From Savitreella phatthalungensis (lineage: Eukaryota), in NCBI GenBank assembly GCA_051599415.1, contig AP039689.1, positions 62,001-126,000 on the forward strand: a DNA stretch of 64,000 bases. Reading direction: 5' to 3'. The translations under genes and the position numbers were made by a program. Within the stretch, counting starts at the first letter, position 1, and the number at the start of each line of letters is the position of its first letter. This document shows positions 54,323 through 64,000 of the stretch, piece by piece. The notes under the pieces were generated by a model. It saw only the letters and a program-made list of their open reading frames with translations, was not told the origin of the DNA and ran no database searches.

Positions 54323-56527
54323 ATGGCGTCGGAGAGCATCAGTCCAGAGAGTGAGATGCGATCGATGACTGGCATCACAGTCGCTAGGGATTCCTTCAAG
54401 GCAGGCATGCGACAGAGCATCAGTCGCGAAAGCAATTACATGACACGCGACCAGGACAGTGCCGCTTTGCTCAAAGCTAATAAAGGCGATCCTTCCGTTG
54501 GACCAACAGGATCGCTCAGCGGCAACGCCTTGGAGGGAAGCACGCTTGCCACGCAGGTGGTCGTGCGGTACCGCGTGTACTATGGCTCAGATCGCCTGGT
54601 AGGGTCATTTATCGTTCCTTTTGCACGAGGTGATGCCGCATGTGCCATCGACTTGAGCGTCCGGGCAAAGCTCGAGACATTGTACAATGAGTGGCGCATG
54701 ACCGCAGACAATTCCCAAAGCCCTGGTTCTGCTATTGCAGACTGTGTCATTTGTCAGCTCGCTGCACCGACCCGATTCATTGTCGCATCTACGATCCTCT
54801 CTATGATCAACTCTAGCACTATCCACGCGCGCACACTTGCCTTCAGTATCTGTGAGGCAGCACATTGTAAACGGTCCGCCCAGGAAACTTTGCGTTGCAG
54901 CTGGCATACCACTGAGCACTATCGCAGGGTCATAGCTCAAGAGCTCTGGCCAGTGTTTTCTCAAGAGAATCTCAAACATAAGAAGGCGGTAGTCGCACCA
55001 AAGGACTACCCGACAGGTTTGGCTCAGCTCGTCGAATTGGACATGCCCGCTATTGAGCGCATTGTCGCTGATGAGAACAGAAATCCTGCACCACCAACAG
55101 ATCGCAATAGCGATGTCATAACGAGAGACTCGCACTCGTCTTGCGGCTGGCTCAGCGACAGCACGATCGTTGAATCGATCGTAGAGCTGAGCAATTCTAA
55201 GGATCGAGGTAGAGAGATCGGCACGACGAATGTGTGCCCTTCCACTAGCCCCGCAGTCGAGAGGGTCATCTCAGCATGTCGCCCAAGCACTATGTCTACT
55301 GTGAATAGCGCAGCTGGACGTAGACGCAGCTTGGACGATTTGCTCAACGAGGACGACGAAAGAAGAAGCCTTGAGTGGCTTGCGCGGCGTGCGGACCGAG
55401 CTCGAAGTGTTGAGATTGAATGTCCTGCGACAGCTACGCCGACTTCTGCGACCTTTACCCGCGTGCCAAAGGCTTTGATGGTGGCTTCTCCGATAACACC
55501 GAGCTGTCAATTGGTCATTCGATCAAATGTCGATCCTGTGCCAGACTTCCTCAAAGACAGTCGTCTTACGCGTGACGATTTTGCGGCTTTGCATAGAGAC
55601 ATTCAACGATGCGGCAATGCGACGACGTCGACCACTCAACAAATTGATAGGACGAAAAAGCCACAATCCCCGAGAACAATCACCAAGAGTAGGAAAAGTA
55701 AATCTTCAGGCCATGAATCCATCATGAAGCGCGAGAAGGAAGCCCTGAAATGGTCGAGTTACGCTGCCATTGGTGCTTTTGATGACGAGCTCATTCCAGC
55801 TACTGTTTTGTCCAAAGCATCTTACGGAAAGAAGAAGAAAGGTGCCGATGGCAAGCACAATGGGAAACAGTCGATGGGCGAGAGCCGCGCGAGTTCATCG
55901 CAACACGCGGATTCTACTCAAGCCCGTCGGTCTGAAGCGGCCCCAGGGGCGCACCCTTACCACAAATCGCACGATAAGGCACCAAGGATCAGCGAGATCT
56001 CGCTTCAATCGAGCTTCCACATGCGCTTCGACGAGGACGGTGATTACACCGTTGAAGGCAATATCGAAACGCTCACGGAATCCGGTCGCCGGGCTGCTCG
56101 TGTGGCTGCCGCCGCAGCCCTTTCTGCCGGGTCACAAAAGACCGCCGACGATAAGGCCATCAGCCATGATGGAGCTACCCCAGTAAGCCGGATGCGCAGA
56201 CATCGATTCTTTGGACGCTCCACCACAGCTGTCGACACAAACTCGATTGAGCCTCGCGGCAGTTCCACGACACGAGACGCACATCCTGGGAATAGCATTT
56301 TGCAGCAACTATCAGTCTCTCGTGGTCTGCCTTCCACGTCTAGGAGCGCAAGCCCGGTGCGAACCGGAGCCAGTTCTTCTGAGCGTTCCTCGCCAATAGT
56401 CCTCGCGACTGCTAGACCGCAACCTGTCGCCACTCGTGGATTTGAATCGCTCAATCCGCCAAAAACCGATTGCCACCAGAATGCATTGATCAATGGCGCG
56501 TTAAACTCTAAGCGCATTGTCGATTGA
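54323..56527 (+). CDS. Hypothetical protein with a putative Cys4 zinc site and a long disordered tail
   Basis: CVIC ... CEAAHC pair; S/R/K-rich C-terminal half. First ATG at 54323. Confidence 0.7.
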   Translation: MASESISPESEMRSMTGITVARDSFKAGMRQSISRESNYMTRDQDSAALLKANKGDPSVGPTGSLSGNALEGSTLATQVVVRYRVYYGSDRLVGSFIVPFARGDAACAIDLSVRAKLETLYNEWRMTADNSQSPGSAIADCVICQLAAPTRFIVASTILSMINSSTIHARTLAFSICEAAHCKRSAQETLRCSWHTTEHYRRVIAQELWPVFSQENLKHKKAVVAPKDYPTGLAQLVELDMPAIERIVADENRNPAPPTDRNSDVITRDSHSSCGWLSDSTIVESIVELSNSKDRGREIGTTNVCPSTSPAVERVISACRPSTMSTVNSAAGRRRSLDDLLNEDDERRSLEWLARRADRARSVEIECPATATPTSATFTRVPKALMVASPITPSCQLVIRSNVDPVPDFLKDSRLTRDDFAALHRDIQRCGNATTSTTQQIDRTKKPQSPRTITKSRKSKSSGHESIMKREKEALKWSSYAAIGAFDDELIPATVLSKASYGKKKKGADGKHNGKQSMGESRASSSQHADSTQARRSEAAPGAHPYHKSHDKAPRISEISLQSSFHMRFDEDGDYTVEGNIETLTESGRRAARVAAAAALSAGSQKTADDKAISHDGATPVSRMRRHRFFGRSTTAVDTNSIEPRGSSTTRDAHPGNSILQQLSVSRGLPSTSRSASPVRTGASSSERSSPIVLATARPQPVATRGFESLNPPKTDCHQNALINGALNSKRIVD

Positions 56528-56614
56528 GTTGAGAAATTGATTGCTTATTGACATAGCCTGCCTAGATCATCGTGACTTCCCTCCTGAATAATCCGACAGT
56601 GACAGCCGTGCCGC

Positions 56615-58801
56615 TCAGCCCAGCTGAGAGCGGGATGTTCGACCACGGCCTTTGAAATGCTTCTTGGAACTCTTGCTAGCCGAGATAGCCAGGCCAGCAT
56701 CGCGAGCTTGCTCTGGAGTGAGACCTGTCTCGGCAAGAGCCATCGTTCGAGCCTTGCGGCCTGTCAGCATTTTTTGACTTCCTTCCATATCACGCGCAGT
56801 GCCGTCGTCGTTCAGCCTGGCCTGATAAGGAAACATGACAACCTTGCCACCAGCGCTACGGACAGCCTTCGAGCCAAGCTGACGGGCTTTTGCTGCCGAC
56901 GATGCCTCGTCCGAGAAGAACTGTCTGTCCATTCGACGAGACGCGAGCCCACCACTGGCTGCAAGGCTCCGAGCGTTGTAAGCACCAGAAGCTAAGGACT
57001 GATCATCGTCATCGTCATTACCGAGATGCGCAGGCGGATGTGAAATATCTGGTTCAACGTAGGTCGAAGCGTGGCGTGGGACGTGTGTCAAAGGTTGTCT
57101 TTTTCGCAGAACGGTTCCGCCGTATAGCTCCGCATTGAAGTCATGCGCGTCGATTGGTGGCTTTGCTGGTGGAGGCTGCACGAACAAGAGCTTGCCATTG
57201 ACGTAGTCTTTCAAAATATAACGAGCTGCGCGTGATTCATCCGGGTTGCCCTGGCCAGCTTTGGTGTAGCCCCTCGAGATCGCATACGAGATTAGGAGCT
57301 CTTCCGCTGTGGGAACTCCTGTGCCGCCCTCTTCCGCGGAGCGGATTTGAATGTGGATACCGTACACAGCCTCAATCCAACTTTTGGGTACGCGTCGTGC
57401 GACGAGCGCTACTGGGCCTGTGAACTCCCGCAGCTGGTCAATCGGCAAGACTCCTGCGCAGACAAGATCAGCCTGGGAGGATGCAAAGTTTGGGAAAACG
57501 AGACCTGGACAGTCAACGAGTGTCACTTGAGCGGACAATTGAATGGTCTGAAAGTGCTTGGTTTTGCCTGGTGTAGAGCTGACACTGACGGTCTTCGCTC
57601 CCACCAGCGCGTTGATCGTGGAGGATTTGCCAACATTTGGATAGCCGACGAGACCGATGTGCGTCTTCCTGATGCGACCTTCTGTATCCGGTAGGACTTC
57701 TGGCGCGGATCGTAAGAAGAGCTCCTCAAGCTCGTCCACGGTGAGGATGCGAAGATCTCGCGCAGAGACATCCTCGGATAGCGGAATATCTTGGTCCTTT
57801 TGATGAGCCTGCGAAGCCAGTCCAATGCCTCGCGATTCTTCATTAATAGACCCGACGTCGCACTGCTCGTCGTCTAGGTCATTGTCTTGTCCGTCTAGAT
57901 CGTTTTCGTCGGCGCTTGTGTCATCAATCTCGATATATGCGTGATCCACGTCGTCATTAGCACTATCATCGTCTTCCCCCTCGTCTGATTCCTCGTCTGA
58001 TGGAGCTGACTCAGGCTCATCGGCCGGAACAGCTCGCTCTGCTTCCTGCTGCCGACGCTCTTGTTCCTCTTTAGCCAGATACGCGGAGAAAAACGAGAAC
58101 CGAACATTGTGCGCGCGGAAGTATTGCGCCCATCGTCGACGCTGTGCCAATGTAAGTAGATCTGCCTTGTTGACCAGCAGAAGGTTGCGCTTGCGCTTGT
58201 CCAATTCGGCGACGTATGATTCGAGGTCGATCGATCGGAACAGTAGCGGATCACGAGCGTCAACGATCTGTACAATCAGATCCGATCGCTCAACGACGCG
58301 CCATAGTTGACGCCATACTTCGAGATTGCGCTCAAAGGGAGTCAGGAGAAGGTCATGCTCTTCCTGAAGAGAGGCTAATTGTCTGCGCCATGCCAGGAAA
58401 GACTCTTTTTCATTACGATCGAGCTGCTGCGGTGTGGTGCTATCGTCCCAAGCAGGCCGACGAGGGACTGTGAGTGACTGCTTGTATGCGCGATGCTTGC
58501 GCAGAGTAGCTGCCTCTTGCTCAGCTGTGGGGAGGTATGGATTCAGCTGGTCTGATGCGACGATGCGTACATTGCTGAGACGTTCTGCCGTGAAGTCTGT
58601 ATCTGCAAGCTCGGCAGTGGAGAGGAACTCATCGAGCGCCTTCTCTTGCGTAATTGATCGCAGCTTTGCATTACTGCCATAAGCGTTGACTGCATCAATA
58701 TCGTGCTTGTTAGAGTGTATGGACATGCCACCACTCCGCGCACGCTCATTCAGCAGTGACCTACCGAGCCCGATATTCTTCTTCGACACTGGTCGACCCA
58801 T
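56615..58801 (-). CDS. LSG1: Large-subunit GTPase 1 (circularly permuted GTPase)
   Basis: TPFERNLEVWRQLWRVVERSD, DARDP, NKADL, GYPNVGKSS, TPGKTKHFQT, DCPGLVFP. Confidence 0.97.
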   Translation of the reverse strand: MGRPVSKKNIGLGRSLLNERARSGGMSIHSNKHDIDAVNAYGSNAKLRSITQEKALDEFLSTAELADTDFTAERLSNVRIVASDQLNPYLPTAEQEAATLRKHRAYKQSLTVPRRPAWDDSTTPQQLDRNEKESFLAWRRQLASLQEEHDLLLTPFERNLEVWRQLWRVVERSDLIVQIVDARDPLLFRSIDLESYVAELDKRKRNLLLVNKADLLTLAQRRRWAQYFRAHNVRFSFFSAYLAKEEQERRQQEAERAVPADEPESAPSDEESDEGEDDDSANDDVDHAYIEIDDTSADENDLDGQDNDLDDEQCDVGSINEESRGIGLASQAHQKDQDIPLSEDVSARDLRILTVDELEELFLRSAPEVLPDTEGRIRKTHIGLVGYPNVGKSSTINALVGAKTVSVSSTPGKTKHFQTIQLSAQVTLVDCPGLVFPNFASSQADLVCAGVLPIDQLREFTGPVALVARRVPKSWIEAVYGIHIQIRSAEEGGTGVPTAEELLISYAISRGYTKAGQGNPDESRAARYILKDYVNGKLLFVQPPPAKPPIDAHDFNAELYGGTVLRKRQPLTHVPRHASTYVEPDISHPPAHLGNDDDDDQSLASGAYNARSLAASGGLASRRMDRQFFSDEASSAAKARQLGSKAVRSAGGKVVMFPYQARLNDDGTARDMEGSQKMLTGRKARTMALAETGLTPEQARDAGLAISASKSSKKHFKGRGRTSRSQLG

Positions 58802-59566
58802 GAGATGCACAGTGAATGCGGAAGGTACAGAAGATTCGGCGGAAGAGAGGGCTTAACGGAGAAGTCGTTGCTTTGGCTGACTTCGACGCTCGACGCTGCC
58901 AGCAAAGAGTAGCAGAAGTTGCCTCTCAAGGTATAGACTCACAAGCAGACGAGGTTTGTGGCGTGCGGTGCACTATCGAAGTGTAAAGATCCCAGGCCGT
59001 TGTCCGACGTCTCGCTTGACTCCTTCGATCGCGCGAGCCTCACTCCTATACCGCTTGTACGTGGCCTCTGACTCAAACGCGTCAGATGAGTGTGCGTACG
59101 TGCGTCCTACACGCAGACTGCCGTCGAAGATTGACTGCGTCTATAGACCTTTGGACAGAAAGTCTCTATGCGCTGTACCTCTTAGATTGCGAGTACGTAC
59201 GTATGGTTATATCATCTCACGAGCGTAGAATTTAGACTGCTCGCCGCGTGATCTCCATGCAGTAAGCGCCTCATGGATCAAAGTCATATTGATCTCTTAA
59301 GAATATTTAGCCTTCTCTAGCCTCGGAAATGTGATCGACGGACGTCGTCCAAGGCACAGAACAACAGTCCTAGGTTGAGGTCAACCGGGTGTCTACCACG
59401 AACGCTTCAGTGTAGCTATAGCAATCGTCCTGATCAAGCAGAGTATCTACGATTAGCGTTGCAAGCTAGTGGACAGTGAGCAGCCAACGCGCTAGTATTT
59501 CGTCTCCCAAGATCAAAGCCGTCATCTGTTCTCCTTCAGAAACCACAGCTCAGTCGATTCTCGACC

Positions 59567-60733
59567 ATGGGCAAGGGCAAAGGGAAGAAGTTTATCGACA
59601 AGCGAAATGCCACCACTTTCCAGCTCGTCCATCGTTCTCACAGAGATGCAGAATATCACAACGACGAAGCGAGCTCCAGAGTACTTGTGGAGGTTCCGTC
59701 CTCAAATCAGCGCTCCACCAAGCAGACTCGTGAACAGCTTGCCCAAGACTTCGAGGCTTCAACGCGTGCCAACGTAGGTGAGGCGGCTGAATACGGCATC
59801 TATTACGATGACACAGAATACGACTATATGCAGCATCTCCGGCCCACGGGGGGTGCAGGTGCAGTTCTCCTGGAGAATCCTGTCACAGAACGAGAGCGAC
59901 AAAGAGACAAGCAAAAGCAAGGTGGCTTCCAACTGGACCTGCCTTTAGAGGCTCAGCCTTCCGTGAATCAGGAGCGCCCACGAAACTATCAGGATCAGCA
60001 ATCCGTGCAGGATGACATCGCCGGTTTTCGACCTGACATGGATCCTCGGATCAGGGAGGTCTTGATGGCACTAGAGGAGGAAGATGACCCTGACACAGAG
60101 CCGGCACCAGAAGCTGATTCGGAGGACTGGTTCGCCGCACTAGCCGGTAGTGGCGAGGTTGACGAAGAGGACTTCTATGATGAAGATTTCGATGAGAATC
60201 TTGACGAGACTGATGATGGTTACAACAGCGACGCGACTGCTAAGGCTGGCCCTGTCCTCCCCAGGAAAGGGGAGAGCCAATCCGAATGGGAACAGGAATT
60301 TGCCAAGTTCAAAAAGGCCGGATCGAAGTACATTGACGACGAGCAGCGCACCGACGTCTCTCGCGCATTCACCGCCGCTTCCGAGGGTCGCATCAAGTGG
60401 GGTACCGGCAGCATTGGAACTGGCTTCTCCATGTCTTCGTCAGCTCTGTGGCGGAACGAAGGCAAGACGATGCTCGATGATCGCTTCGACCGTGTCGAAC
60501 GTGAGTACGACGCGATCGCCGAAGAGGAGGACGAAGATGACGAAGAGGAACTCGTCACACCAGAACGTGTTGCTGCAGCGGCAGAGTCAAGACAGGATTT
60601 TGAAGCCATCATGGACGATTTCCTCACAGAGTTCAAAAACATGGGCAACAAGGGCGCTTCGGTCAAAGCCCGGAATCCTTACACACTAAATGATGCACGG
60701 ATAGCGATGGGCAACGAAAAGCTTGCAAAGTAG
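59567..60733 (+). CDS. LTV1: 40S biogenesis factor Ltv1
   Basis: FIDKRNATTFQLVHRS, GEAAEYGIYYDDTEYDYMQHL, DMDPRIREVL.ALE, SMSSSALWRNEG..LDDRF. Confidence 0.95.
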   Translation: MGKGKGKKFIDKRNATTFQLVHRSHRDAEYHNDEASSRVLVEVPSSNQRSTKQTREQLAQDFEASTRANVGEAAEYGIYYDDTEYDYMQHLRPTGGAGAVLLENPVTERERQRDKQKQGGFQLDLPLEAQPSVNQERPRNYQDQQSVQDDIAGFRPDMDPRIREVLMALEEEDDPDTEPAPEADSEDWFAALAGSGEVDEEDFYDEDFDENLDETDDGYNSDATAKAGPVLPRKGESQSEWEQEFAKFKKAGSKYIDDEQRTDVSRAFTAASEGRIKWGTGSIGTGFSMSSSALWRNEGKTMLDDRFDRVEREYDAIAEEEDEDDEEELVTPERVAAAAESRQDFEAIMDDFLTEFKNMGNKGASVKARNPYTLNDARIAMGNEKLAK

Positions 60734-61080
60734 GCAGACAAGTCTGACCGTTCTACTTCACTTGCTTCTGACCGCTATGACCTGTATATTTGCCGCACAA
60801 GCTGTCTTTGTAAATATACCCAAGCGATGTACGCACGTATGAATGAGTCGAGTAACTCTTGCCTTGGACGTACGTAGATTGCATGTTGAAGTGTCAATCG
60901 AGTGCATTTCGATCAATTGAGGAACAATGTGCTTGTCCTGCTGCCAGCGTGAGTCCATAAAGCACGCCTAGCCAGCTGTAGCTAAATTTGGCAAATGCAC
61001 TCTTTGTGCACGAGAGTGACGAAATCATCGAGCATCGAGGACGCAGCAGAGCACTATCCTTTTCGAAGAGATTCGTCGAC

Positions 61081-61449
61081 ATGTCAGTTCTCTACAAGAG
61101 TCTGGGACCTGCCAGGAGGGTGAGATGTTTCAGCTCGACCGTTCGTCGATGGGCCGATAGCGAAGCCTACAAAGCCGTACACTCTCGCATCCAGGAGCAA
61201 TTTGTACTCGCCAAGGACGAGTATGAGCTGGCTCTGGAGAGTGCTGGCACGACGTATGCTGCAGAGGACAACGAGCTCGCTCGAGCTGAAGCAAAGACAT
61301 TGTCGGCTGTCTGGGAAACACATGCGACTGAAGACGGCGCCAAGGAAGGAGGGTTATCACAGGACGAGCGGCAGCGGCTGAGAGAGCGCCTGGGCGCACG
61401 CATTCGCGAGCTGCTCAATGGTGTGGAGCACAATCTTCACGATCATTAG
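61081..61449 (+). CDS. Small helical protein with a probable mitochondrial presequence
   Basis: Arg/Ser-rich N-terminus (RCFSSTVRR), then F..AKDEYE.A.ES.GTTYA.ED...A and R.G.RIREL. ATG at 61081. Confidence 0.7.
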   Translation: MSVLYKSLGPARRVRCFSSTVRRWADSEAYKAVHSRIQEQFVLAKDEYELALESAGTTYAAEDNELARAEAKTLSAVWETHATEDGAKEGGLSQDERQRLRERLGARIRELLNGVEHNLHDH

Positions 61450-61520
61450 GTCTATGACTTTTGAGTCCGCTACGCACTAGTGGCGACCTCTGTACTGTAC
61501 AATATGATAAATACGGCAAA

Positions 61521-64000
61521 CTATACCATGTCAGCGAGAAGAGCTTCGTCTTCCTCGTCAATCCCGTAATATTCGTCGCCATCAGCATCGGGTGCGTTGT
61601 TGTCATCATCGTCATGATCATCATCATCGTCGTCATCGTCTTGGTCGTTCTGATCGTCGTCTTTAGAAGCATTTGTTGGGTTATCTTCAGAGGAGTTCGA
61701 GTGCCGGACGCGTTTGCTCGAAGACTTTTGCGAGCTAGCCTTACGTTTGCCTTGTCGAAGAGGCTTTGTCAGTACATTGCCTTTTTTCGATCTTACACTG
61801 CGCTTCTGCACCGGCGCATCAGCAGCTGAGTCGCCGCGCTTCAGTGCATTCAGTGCGTTGTGCATCCGCGTCGAGCTGATTGGCTTCATCACGCCTTGCC
61901 TCCCGCCTGTGCCAACTGAGCCAGAGAAGAAATCCGTCAGGTTGCGTTGCTGTCCTTCCGTCTGCTTGCGATACATATCCCGAATGACAGGGAGTAGCTG
62001 TTCATCCGTCCGGTCTTGTGTCCAGCCAATCTGGCGCATCAAATAGCCTCTCAGGGCATCAAGATCCGGTTGTCCCCACTCAAACGCGGATGGATCATGG
62101 TCAACCTCAGGTTTCGTGTATGCGTTGTGTACCTGAGGGTTCGGGAAGTTGTCTGGAAGGACAAGCTTTTCAGCCGTCTTGCGGAACTTGCGTCTGAAAG
62201 CGGACTGCTTGTCCGCCTGTGTTTCTGTAAATGTTTGCACACGATCGATCCAGTCTTTGAAGTCGTGCAGGCCGTTCTCTCCGGGAAAGTCAGAGATGAG
62301 CTCAATCGCCGTCACAGGGCCGACCTTTTTGATTCCGTCGGTATAGTCACTGCCCAGTAAGTACGCCAACTTGATGAGCTTTTCTCGATCAAGCTCGAAC
62401 TCGCGCTCCAGATCTGAGAGCACGAAGCATTCGACTGTTTTCGCGGCATTGAACATGTTCTTGTACACCCGTGTGCCACCGAACAGGAAAACGTCCGAGT
62501 CGTCCGTCACGATACCATCCACGAGTTCCAGTCGGACGAGCTCAGCACATTGCGCTTCAGCTTCCTGTGGCGCCTCGATATAGGGTATTCCGAAGTGCGC
62601 CAATAGCTCTTGGCATTCTTGGACCATGACTTGGGTGACTTCGTCAGCATCACGAAGGTTCTTCTTCTGCTGGGCTTTCAGCTGCTTCAAATCGTTTTCA
62701 TAATCGGCACTGCTGTAAGTGGATGCATTCTTGGCGTTGAGCTGTCGGCTGAAGCGAGCATACTCTTCTGCTTCAGCCTGAATGCGCTCCACAAGTTCAT
62801 GCTCTTCTTGAAGACGATTCTGATCCTCCTCATCGAGCATTCTGGATTCCTCGGCTTCGACATTGTCCTGGTCAGCATCGGACCAAGTCGGACTGCCGGG
62901 TCTTGTGGGCGTGGAAGAGTTGACTTCCAGATCCTCGACGGGCGCATCACCCAACGCTGTCGGCGGCGGCTCCACTGGCACGTCCTCAAAGTCACTTTCA
63001 TCGTCGCTTGCCCGATCCTCAACGGCGGCGTCCGCGGATACTGACTCGACAGGGGTGTCAACTGCAAGTGGCTCTGCATCAGGTTCTGGGTCTTCCTCAT
63101 GTACCGACGTCTCGTTCGGGAGCGTCGCGGCGGACCCAGGCTCTGAGTCGGAGCTCGAATCGATCTCGATGTGCGCCTCTTCTGCTTGCGTCTTGCCTGG
63201 TGAGTCGATTGAGATCGCCTTGCTCTGCTGATGAAGCAATTTAGGGGCGTTGGCAAATGGGTCAGATGATTCATCTGTCAAGTCCACCTCGTCCCGGGAG
63301 ACAATTGCAGCGTTGCCCTTAAGTTCTGGCATTTTGTCGACTTTCTGTTTGAACCACGGAGGGTCTTCCTTGGAGGCCGCGGTTGGTACCTTCTGCTTGA
63401 GCGCTTTCTGGACTTGGCGCAGTTCGGCATTATCAGGTGTCTGAACATCGATTCTTTCTGCCTCCGCTTTATCCGCGAGCGCCTTTCGGATCTTATCCAA
63501 GGGTCTTTGCCCCTGGGTTTGATGTTCGTCCTGGACCAGCAACTCGGATTCATCAGAAGCAGCTTGCATCACGGTCTTGGCAAGTGAACCTTCGTCGTCG
63601 ACGTCATCGTCGTCCTCGAGCACAAATCCGCCGCCAGTCGCATCGATCGCGCCGGGTGTTTCCATCGACATCTTCATGGCTAGTCTCAGCTGCTCGTCTT
63701 CGTCCACCTCGTCAGCCTCGAGCTCTGCGGTCTCATCACCGTTGCCATCGCGCCATATATCTAGCGCTCGTGCCATCCTTGTTTGCTCAGTTGCCTCGCT
63801 GTCGTCTCTTGTAAAGAGAGGCTTGTTCGGACTATTCGTCTTAATGTTCGACTGGCGGTGCGGCTGGAATGCTCGCCTGCTCGGATTGCTCTCACTACGC
63901 GGTCTATCGTCCTGTCGTGTCGGTCTGAGCTGCGCGAGACGCGTTTGTTCGAGAGCATATCGGATCATCTCATCAGCGCTTCTCGAGCTGGAGGTCTGCT
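61521..64000 (-). CDS. RAD2: XPG/Rad2 (Rad13) NER endonuclease, 5' part outside the window
   Basis: I-domain FGIPYIEAPQEAEAQCA, DGIVTDDSDVFLFGG, LLGSDYT H2TH motif, UIM-like EDEQLRLAMKMSM, PIP box QRNLTDFF. Frame is open to the window edge. Confidence 0.96.
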   Translation of the reverse strand, partial: QTSSSRSADEMIRYALEQTRLAQLRPTRQDDRPRSESNPSRRAFQPHRQSNIKTNSPNKPLFTRDDSEATEQTRMARALDIWRDGNGDETAELEADEVDEDEQLRLAMKMSMETPGAIDATGGGFVLEDDDDVDDEGSLAKTVMQAASDESELLVQDEHQTQGQRPLDKIRKALADKAEAERIDVQTPDNAELRQVQKALKQKVPTAASKEDPPWFKQKVDKMPELKGNAAIVSRDEVDLTDESSDPFANAPKLLHQQSKAISIDSPGKTQAEEAHIEIDSSSDSEPGSAATLPNETSVHEEDPEPDAEPLAVDTPVESVSADAAVEDRASDDESDFEDVPVEPPPTALGDAPVEDLEVNSSTPTRPGSPTWSDADQDNVEAEESRMLDEEDQNRLQEEHELVERIQAEAEEYARFSRQLNAKNASTYSSADYENDLKQLKAQQKKNLRDADEVTQVMVQECQELLAHFGIPYIEAPQEAEAQCAELVRLELVDGIVTDDSDVFLFGGTRVYKNMFNAAKTVECFVLSDLEREFELDREKLIKLAYLLGSDYTDGIKKVGPVTAIELISDFPGENGLHDFKDWIDRVQTFTETQADKQSAFRRKFRKTAEKLVLPDNFPNPQVHNAYTKPEVDHDPSAFEWGQPDLDALRGYLMRQIGWTQDRTDEQLLPVIRDMYRKQTEGQQRNLTDFFSGSVGTGGRQGVMKPISSTRMHNALNALKRGDSAADAPVQKRSVRSKKGNVLTKPLRQGKRKASSQKSSSKRVRHSNSSEDNPTNASKDDDQNDQDDDDDDDDHDDDDNNAPDADGDEYYGIDEEDEALLADMV

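Noticed and set aside
1..64000. Numerous short overlapping or antisense ORFs in the six-frame track
   Set aside because: They are shadows of real GC-balanced genes or random intergenic ORFs, many with non-ATG starts and no protein motifs.

Overview
Gene-dense, intron-poor fungal genomic DNA. A Taphrinomycotina origin is inferred from close resemblance of two proteins to fission-yeast Rst2 and Tpz1. The window holds about 28 protein-coding genes, mostly housekeeping: HGSNAT-like, Rmp1, Ady2-family, Ppz1, Ric8, Rst2, DUF2841, Iks1, Wdr70, Met14, Sgt1/Ecd, Memo1, Tpz1, Fab1, Lsg1, Ltv1 and a partial Rad2/XPG. It also holds a complete pogo/Fot1-type DD35D DNA transposon with perfect terminal inverted repeats, and two microsatellite-type repeats. 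The best non-annotated signal is a pair of dual-guide box C/D snoRNAs (about 19.88-20.20 kb), the first inside an intron that begins exactly after the stop codon of an F-box-like gene. Other points of interest are CCG/CGG depletion restricted to the transposon, a MADS/NRF1-like architecture in the DUF2841 protein, and MCB boxes upstream of tpz1. All family assignments come from motif recognition by eye, not database searches.
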